Both the position numbers and the translations under genes were made by a program. DNA of 64,000 bases from an uncultured candidatus Brocadiaceae bacterium (GTDB lineage Bacteria; Planctomycetota; Brocadiia; SM23-32), in the NCBI GenBank assembly GCA_964510315.1, contig CAZEAP010000011.1:22985-86984 (forward strand). Direction: 5' to 3'. A model generated the notes under the pieces. It had not been told where the DNA came from, did not search any database, and saw only the letters and a list, made by a program, of their open reading frames with translations. This document shows positions 58,384 to 64,000 of the stretch, in pieces; the first letter of the stretch is position 1, and each line of letters opens with the position of its first letter.

Positions 58384-58760
58384 GCCTTTCTGATGATCGC
58401 CGTCAGGATGCCGATCAACTGATCCGCTTCGTCGAGTATCCGTTTGGCGTCCTGCCGGAGCGCTGCCGATCTATTGCGTCCGGCTGTCTCTGCCGGCCAT
58501 AATCTCGGCAGCCACGGGGTTCCCAAATGCCCGCAAGCCCGCCGCCCGGAACCTGGGCGGCCCCCCGGGGGCCATGTGATGGAGGCCGGGGCTTCAGCCC
58601 CGGTTTGCGGCTAAACATGTAATTCGTTGATCGGCCCGTCTGCGGCAGCGCCTTCCGCTTCGCCGGAGGCTTCGAGAAGCCTGAGCCAATACAGCGTCTC
58701 CCCGGCCTCCCTGCGGGGGATGGCATACTTAGCGATGAAGTCCGCGCGGCTCTGGGCGCT
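58384..58760 (-). pseudogene. Four-helix-bundle (23S rRNA IVS-type) protein gene remnant, split by the REP-like element
   Basis: Fragment 1 (58611-58745) translates ...ADFIAKYAIPRREAGETLYWLRLLEASG...; fragment 2 (58384-58480) translates ...RQDAKRILDEADQLIGILTAIIRKAVQRS*. Both resemble the C-terminal helices of four-helix-bundle proteins. The intervening 58480-58610 holds the ccggggcttcagccccgg core repeat. No intact N-terminus. Confidence 0.4.
58569..58605. repeat. Inverted copy of the ~37-nt REP-like core found at 2776-2812
   Basis: gggccatgtgatggaggccggggcttcagccccggtt is the reverse complement of aaccggggct(a>g)aagccccggcctccatcacatggccc, with one mismatch. Confidence 0.8.
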
Positions 58761-59117
58761 TACTGGGCGGGTTCCGGCGCACTGAAGACGCGGAGTGTTG
58801 CTAAAGCCAGAACCGTTACGACAGAAGCACCAGCGGCGAAAGTGCCTTCGCCGTGGCAAGAGAGCGTGTAGCCTCCGGCCCCGTAAGCGAGGAGGGCGAA
58901 GAGACCGGGCAGCAAAACCCACCGACCCCGGAATTCGAGCTTCCATCCTGCGAAACGGGACATCCTTTGTGTCCTCCCTTGCTAATGTGAACGACTCCGC
59001 CGGGTGCGCCGAGCGCCTTCAAAACCTGAGAAGCCCACCTGCTTGTCCACGACGCATCCACCAAACACCTCGCGGATTCTGCGCCTCCCGCGCACCTGCC
59101 GGGTAGAGGCACCGCAT

Positions 59118-59612
59118 TCAGGCATTGTGAGGGTCCTGTGCCCTCTCAAAGACAACCCGCGCGAGTGCGTAGTACAGGGTATAAACAGCCAGGATGGCCA
59201 GAGGCAACCACCATTGCTTCAGTATGCCGAGAGCGAAAAGCGCCAGCGATTCTGACGCAATGATCAGGACATCGCTGAGGACTACTCCTGCACACTCGTC
59301 CGCCGGGATGAGCCGAAACCCCAGACGAAGTGAGTTGAGGAGAGCGTAAAGGAAGGCAGCAAAAAGCGGGACTTGAATCACGAGCCCCGATGCAGGATGC
59401 CAAGCGCTAAGTGCCAGAAGCGCGACGGCCACCAGCGCCCATCCTGCCGCCTCAGGACACCACCGAATTACCATGCGACTCACTTGACCACAGTGGGGGC
59501 AACGCACGTCAGCGGGCAGTAGGAAGCGTGTATTAGCACGGGAGGCAAGACCGGGCGCCCCGGGGAAATCATGGTGACAGTTAGGACACTTCCAGGTCGG
59601 TAGAAATCTCAT
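59118..59612 (-). CDS. Zinc-ribbon membrane protein (N-terminal CxxC...CxxC plus 3-4 TM helices); candidate Rhs-CT immunity protein
   Basis: MRFLPTWKCPNCHHDF...VRCPHCGQV, then hydrophobic helices. Lower local GC. 130 nt downstream of the Rhs fragment. Confidence 0.55.
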   Translation of the reverse strand: MRFLPTWKCPNCHHDFPGAPGLASRANTRFLLPADVRCPHCGQVSRMVIRWCPEAAGWALVAVALLALSAWHPASGLVIQVPLFAAFLYALLNSLRLGFRLIPADECAGVVLSDVLIIASESLALFALGILKQWWLPLAILAVYTLYYALARVVFERAQDPHNA

Positions 59613-59741
59613 CGCTGTCTCACCCAGCCGGAGTCCAATTCCTCCACATGTACGGTCACTCGACAGGCTCGTCGTGCAAGACCGTATGACACGCCACAAT
59701 ACAGGCGACTTCGCAGCAAATCCCGGGCTCGGGCGCGCAGA

Positions 59742-60509
59742 TTATGAGACAAGCTGCGTGGCAACCAATAATCTTCGCAATGTCCGCCAGCTTGCTGTCA
59801 GAAAAGTGGACAGCCGAGATCCCACCAGAACGCCTGAAGGGCACGCAGGAACCACCCGTGCACCCAGGGGCACTTCCCGCCCCGTACGCTCCACACTGGC
59901 ACTGCTGGGCCGCATCCAAAGCCAGGCAGCAGCCGCTGTAACACTCCTTCGCCGGAGCACCCGCTCGCAGGCAGTGGGTGAAGCACAGATCCCAGAGTTC
60001 GTCGATAGAAAGGATAACCCTACCACGTGACCCTGATCGTCCCGATCGAGTGTCCTCAATCCCGTCGGGTCGGTAGAGCTACTCGGCGAGTTGAGGACGT
60101 AAGCGTAGGGGTTGTGCCAGCTATGGTAGCCGCTCGGGTCGCGTTGCAGGAAGCGGCCGAGGTCGGGGGCGTATTCGCGGTGGCGGAATTGCATCACTCC
60201 CGCCGCCACTTCCAGCCGGCGGGACTGGAAGAGGTACGGGTTCTCTACATCCGAGAGGCCGTCCGTATCCTCCGTGCCATCGGCGTCCAGGACGGTGGTC
60301 TCGCCATAGGCGGTGTGGCGATACCGCTCCACGACCGACTCATCTGTATTTGAAAGAGCGAAGATGCTGTAGATGGTGCTCGAGTGATAATACACCACCT
60401 CGCCGGCGTCGGCAAAGTCACCGTCCGTGTTGAGGTCTCTCTCCTGACGGGCCGGACTGTCTGCTGCTATCCTTTCTGCCAGCTGGTAGCTACAAAATGA
60501 TTGCCACAT
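59742..60509 (-). pseudogene. Orphan Rhs C-terminal cassette #2 (RHS core tip ending DPTGL plus variable C-terminal region); probably frameshifted
   Basis: ...YRHTAYGETTVLDADG...QFRHREYAPDLGRFLQRDPSGYHSWHNPYAYVLNSPSSSTDPTGL is the Rhs core terminus. No upstream YD-repeat shell. The cysteine-rich tail continues in another frame (ORF 59656..59919). Confidence 0.6.
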
Positions 60510-60679
60510 ACTTCACAATGCCATCTGAGGGGAATGACATCCGCGGCAAACACCAGCGCCACGCAGACCGCTACGGTCAGCCGAACGAGGTTCGCCGGAT
60601 CCTTATCGAGTCTGGTCCCAGACGACGCGCCACAAAACTTGCACAATGGCCGCTTTAAACGCACCATATTGATTACCAT
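60467..60679 (-). CDS. Small zinc-ribbon membrane protein (CKFCG...TM...CEVCG), candidate immunity protein for Rhs cassette #1
   Basis: 70 aa with two CxxC pairs flanking a hydrophobic helix LVRLTVAVCVALVFAADVIPL. Starts 7 nt before the Rhs#1 stop. Low-GC segment. Confidence 0.45.
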   Translation of the reverse strand: MVINMVRLKRPLCKFCGASSGTRLDKDPANLVRLTVAVCVALVFAADVIPLRWHCEVCGNHFVATSWQKG

Positions 60680-61809
60680 CCTAAGTCATCGCACCCGATA
60701 TAATCGCGCGCCCATTGTACGGGATCACCTAAACCGAAGGTGCAGATTTTGCATATGGCATTAGTTCCCCAGGATTCCCTCAGTTGCATACACACACACC
60801 GTGTGTAATCCTCACCGTCGTTGTAGATTGCACAGGTAGCGACCTGGATATTCAAGGCTGCGATACAGGCGCCACAGCGACACACAGCCAGGAACCCCCC
60901 CGTCTTGAGGAACTTGCCCCAAGGGATCTTTGTGCCTGCCGACAGCAACTTAAGGGCGGCAGGGGCCCCCGGGAACAACTTAAGCAACGGACCGCCAAAG
61001 GACAGCCCGCAGAAGCCACCTCGGCACGGGCCAGGACCTCCGCCACCCCTACCTGAACCACCACCGCCGCCATCCCGTCCGCAGTTACATTGTGGAGCCG
61101 TCGGCATAGCGGTGCAGCAGGCTTCGTAGCAGTACTCGGAACCGCCTTCTCCCTCTTTGGAGCAATGAGTGTAACAAAGATTCCAGAGTTCCCCAATACT
61201 TAAAATCAAGTAGTGGCCTTCCCAGCGTGCCAATCCCATCGGATCTGTCGCCGATGTGGGGCGCTGGGTGACATAGCCGTAGAGGTTGGACCCATCCTGG
61301 TAGCCGCTCGGGTCGCGGGAGACGAAACGACCGTGGGCCGCGTCGTAGTAGCGGTTCCTGTACTGCATGAGGCCGGAGGCCGAGTCCAGCCTGCGGGCGG
61401 TGAAGGTGTGCGGGTTGTGCACGTCGCTCAGGCCGTCCGTATCCTCCGTGCCATCGGCATCGAGGACGGTCGCGGCTCCATAGGCGTCGTAGCGGTAACG
61501 TTCCACGACGGACTCCGAGGAATCCGAGAGTGCACAGACGGAATAGATTATATTGCTATGATACCATACCACCTCGTCGGAATCGCCGAAATCCCCGTCC
61601 GCGTTCAGGTCGCGTTGCTGTCTGGCCACGGCGTCTACGTAGCCCGGGGCGTAGGTGTAGCGAGCGATGAGATTCCCTGAGCCGTCCTGCTCCTCGAGGG
61701 CCTGCCATTCGGAGGTCCCGCCCCACAGGAACCGCGTGGTGCCGTTGACGCGCCCTACCCAACTCCGAGCGTTCCGGCATTCTCGGTTCCGCCCTTCAGT
61801 CGGTAACAA
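60673..61809 (-). CDS. Orphan Rhs C-terminal cassette #1: RHS repeats plus core tip (DPMGL) plus a ~175-aa cysteine-rich C-terminal (putative toxin) domain
   Basis: ...RYRYDAYGAATVLDADG...QYRNRYYDAAHGRFVSRDPSGYQDGSNLYGYVTQRPTSATDPMGL, then a divergent Cys-rich tail. About 110 aa are near-identical to cassette #2. The 5' end overlaps the HEAT-repeat gene, so there is no N-terminal Rhs shell. Confidence 0.7.
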   Translation of the reverse strand: MLPTEGRNRECRNARSWVGRVNGTTRFLWGGTSEWQALEEQDGSGNLIARYTYAPGYVDAVARQQRDLNADGDFGDSDEVVWYHSNIIYSVCALSDSSESVVERYRYDAYGAATVLDADGTEDTDGLSDVHNPHTFTARRLDSASGLMQYRNRYYDAAHGRFVSRDPSGYQDGSNLYGYVTQRPTSATDPMGLARWEGHYLILSIGELWNLCYTHCSKEGEGGSEYCYEACCTAMPTAPQCNCGRDGGGGGSGRGGGGPGPCRGGFCGLSFGGPLLKLFPGAPAALKLLSAGTKIPWGKFLKTGGFLAVCRCGACIAALNIQVATCAIYNDGEDYTRCVCMQLRESWGTNAICKICTFGLGDPVQWARDYIGCDDLGW

Positions 61810-63343
61810 TCGCGTCCAGCGCCCGCTCGGCCGCTTCCACCACCAGCAACCGGACCGAGGTCAGCTCGAAGTCAGATGGCGGGGTCTCCTGGCCGTACAG
61901 TCCGCGCAGCCGCTCCAGGTCCCAGAAACTGGCGGAGGCAGCCGGCCCGATTTTCTCGAGCGCATTGGCCGCGTTCACAACCAGCTCATACTTCTCCGAA
62001 CGGAGCAGCGGCACGAGGGCGGGCACGGCCTCGGCCGCAGGTGGCCCGATCTTTCGCAAAGCGAACATCGCTGCGGATTTCACGACGTCTTTCTTGTCCT
62101 TCAGCTTGGACACCAGAATGGGTAGGACCCGTTCAGGGGGCAGCCCGGGCATAGCCAGGGAGCCTACAGCGGCCGCGCGTACCGTCGGATCGGGATCTTC
62201 CGAGAATCTGAGAAGCACCTCCAGGGCTTCCATCTGCTGTGTCTCGGCCTTCAGTAAAGCGTGAAGGCCGGCAATACGCAGGTCCCTGTCGGCGGCCGAG
62301 GCGGCTTTCCTGAATACTTCAACAACTTCGGGTCTCTCTCCGCCGAGCCGTGCGAGGGAGTAAACGACCGGCTCGCGCAGCTCCGCCCCCGACACTTCAT
62401 AAAGAGAGAGCAGGATGGGCACGACAGCGTCCATCTCCCGGCGCAGCCAGCCAAGCGCTACGATTGCCTCTCGGCGGCACATCTTGTCCAGCCCCTCGTC
62501 CTCGGCCAGCTCCCTTAATCTCGCTACTCCTTCCTTGCCTGTCGCCCCGCTCGCCTTTACGGCCTTGGCGGCCTGCGAAAGCCACTCGGGCTCAGCTTCC
62601 CGCAACGCTTCCTCTACTGGGTTCTCGGCTGCCGGTCCGACCCACGCAAATAGTTCCCAAATCTCAACCACGGCTATCAGGTCCCAGTCGTGCCGCGCCA
62701 CCTCCAGCCGGCGCACCAAAGGCTTCAGGTGCCCGTCGGTCCTGCCGGCCAGCTTTGCAATCGCCGCGCATGCGGTCAATCGAACCTGCAAGTCTTCGGC
62801 TTTGGAGAACTTGCGGATAAGCGGCACCGCACTCTGGGCATCCAGGTCGCCCAGAGCCAGGATCAATTCCTTCTGCAGTTGGGGCTCTTCGGCTTGCTCC
62901 AGCGCGCGCGACAGAGCACGGGCAATGTCGCCAGCATCGGAACCGCCCCGGCCGATCAGTCTGAGCGCATGCACCATTTCCGTTGCGACCAACCAGTCTT
63001 GTTCATTCGCAATTGCACAAGCCAGCCCCCCCCGCATGGCCTCATGAGTGACGCTCCAATGAGCCAACTGGTCCAGCCGGCGGGCCGCTTCCTTGCGCAC
63101 CTCCGTAGCGGGGTCCCTGAGCAACTCGAGCAGTTTGGGTATTGCGCGCTCGCCTCTTCGGGCCAAAAACATGCGGATGGCGTCTCTCCTCAAGCCCGGA
63201 TCATCTGAGCCCAACCACTGCCGGCAAAGCCAGGCGTCCGAGCCCTCAGGTCGCGGATGCTCAGTATCTGCTTCCAGCGGATCCACAGGGACCAGAACAA
63301 ACAAGACCACAATGGCCAACGACAGCACCCATCTGCTTGTCAT
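61796..63343 (-). CDS. Secreted HEAT-repeat protein (PBS-lyase HEAT-like repeats)
   Basis: The ATG at 63343 (MTSRWVLSLAIVVLFVLVPVDPLEA signal peptide) has gggag upstream. Repeated LLRDPATEVRKEAARRL / DLQVRLTACAAIAKL / DPTVRAAAVGSL units. Confidence 0.7.
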   Translation of the reverse strand: MTSRWVLSLAIVVLFVLVPVDPLEADTEHPRPEGSDAWLCRQWLGSDDPGLRRDAIRMFLARRGERAIPKLLELLRDPATEVRKEAARRLDQLAHWSVTHEAMRGGLACAIANEQDWLVATEMVHALRLIGRGGSDAGDIARALSRALEQAEEPQLQKELILALGDLDAQSAVPLIRKFSKAEDLQVRLTACAAIAKLAGRTDGHLKPLVRRLEVARHDWDLIAVVEIWELFAWVGPAAENPVEEALREAEPEWLSQAAKAVKASGATGKEGVARLRELAEDEGLDKMCRREAIVALGWLRREMDAVVPILLSLYEVSGAELREPVVYSLARLGGERPEVVEVFRKAASAADRDLRIAGLHALLKAETQQMEALEVLLRFSEDPDPTVRAAAVGSLAMPGLPPERVLPILVSKLKDKKDVVKSAAMFALRKIGPPAAEAVPALVPLLRSEKYELVVNAANALEKIGPAASASFWDLERLRGLYGQETPPSDFELTSVRLLVVEAAERALDAIVTD

Positions 63344-63576
63344 CTCGCTTTCTCCCAGCGTTGGAGCTGAATTATCCCGTCTTTGCGCGACTGCTGCGAG
63401 CGCGAGAAAGACCTGCCGGAAATCCTGGAGTCCATCTGGCCTGCTCGTTCCGCAACGCTCTCCTCCAGCACTGCTACGCAGCATCCAACGGAACACGCCT
63501 TTGTTGGGGAGTAGTAAGCAGACCAGCTCTGCGCCCACAACCAGTGGCCTTCGGCCTCCTTCTTAATAACTCATGC

Positions 63577-64000
63577 CTATTTCCCCCTGGCGTTCAGGCC
63601 GCGACATTTCTCCGTACAGCCTCTTCTGACCGACCACGGCAAAGCCTTCTGGGTGTTAGTAGGAGAGATTCTGGTGAACATGTGCGGGTTATGCTTGCGC
63701 AGTTTAGCACCCCAGCCCTTACCCCAGGGGTACACGCCCTTTTCGGAGTCGAAACCAGACACTTTTTGCGTCCACCACCAGGGACTTGTGACCAACCAAT
63801 CATTTACCCAGTACTTTTCCCCCGTGTCGCTCCTCCAATGTTGGGCGGTTACAAACCGGTGGGCGGCCATGACGTCTTTCATGGGCCCAGGGATGGCAAG
63901 CCAGTCAGCACCCGACACTACTCGCGCCACCCACTCCCCATGCTTTATCAGCTGGAAGGAAGTAGCCCAAACTTCTGGCCCCCCGAAACCCTCCCACTTT
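63577..64000 (-). CDS. Hypothetical Trp-rich protein, 5'-truncated by the window edge
   Basis: The minus-strand frame stays open from 63577 to the window end (...KWEGFGGPEVWATSFQLIKHGEW-ARVVSGADWLAIPG...PWWWTQKVSGFDSEKGVYPWGKGWG...). No family recognised. Confidence 0.4.
   Translation of the reverse strand, partial: KWEGFGGPEVWATSFQLIKHGEWVARVVSGADWLAIPGPMKDVMAAHRFVTAQHWRSDTGEKYWVNDWLVTSPWWWTQKVSGFDSEKGVYPWGKGWGAKLRKHNPHMFTRISPTNTQKALPWSVRRGCTEKCRGLNARGK

Noticed and set aside
63577-64000. Assigning a family (sulfatase-modifying enzyme or glycoside hydrolase) to the Trp-rich edge ORF
   Set aside because: No diagnostic motif recognised. The gene is truncated by the window edge.

Overview
This is a visibly GC-rich bacterial chromosomal segment of about 64 kb, with roughly two-thirds G+C by eye. 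It is densely packed with protein-coding genes. Most are core or housekeeping functions, and there are several cell-envelope loci. I found no rRNA, tRNA or CRISPR array. Gene order, left to right: a fused two-domain ABC permease; an O-methyltransferase; etfB-etfA-acyl-CoA dehydrogenase-nfo; dnaK-clpB-nitrilase-family hydrolase; a minus-strand block trxB-HIT-LolA-like; a CUT1 sugar ABC operon (TPR lipoprotein, solute-binding protein, two permeases, ATPase) that ends in an unrecognisable 731-aa membrane-anchored protein; a DMT transporter; an M14 peptidase; an NCS2 purine permease-FHA-MgtC block; a 4x60-aa tandem-repeat protein; a secreted PQQ beta-propeller; a secreted prenyltransferase-like protein; MoxR-DUF58; rpsU; murD; two lipoproteins; a Tad (tight adherence) pilus-type secretion locus (tadC, tadB, cpaF, cpaE, a cpaB with a long helical C-terminal extension, tadE); an MBL-fold hydrolase; a CsgG/LpoB-like lipoprotein; a THEP1-type NTPase; a minus-strand operon of epimerase, AMMECR1-like membrane protein, GNAT acetyltransferase and AddA-like helicase-nuclease; a zinc-ribbon mini-protein behind a near-consensus sigma70 promoter; a LolA-like-TlpA fusion; and a HEAT-repeat protein. 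The clearly accessory material is at the two ends. A REP-like GC hairpin element (ccNgggctNNagcccNgg plus a shared ~38-nt core) occurs at about 2.5-2.8 kb and again, inverted, at about 58.5 kb. The left copy sits beside a decayed Y1-transposase-like remnant. The right copy splits a four-helix-bundle protein pseudogene. Immediately right of that is a lower-GC island at 59.1-61.8 kb with two tandem orphan Rhs C-terminal toxin cassettes, each followed by a small CxxC-CxxC membrane protein that is a candidate immunity protein. The most novel-looking items are: the Rhs CT/zinc-ribbon pairs; the uncharacterised 731-aa protein closing the sugar ABC operon; the atypical Tad locus; the AMMECR1-like/GNAT/AddA-like operon; and the tandem-repeat protein. 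All calls are from reading the sequence and the supplied six-frame track; no database search was possible. The track translates GTG and TTG starts as M, and I refined starts using SD-like motifs and signal-peptide logic.
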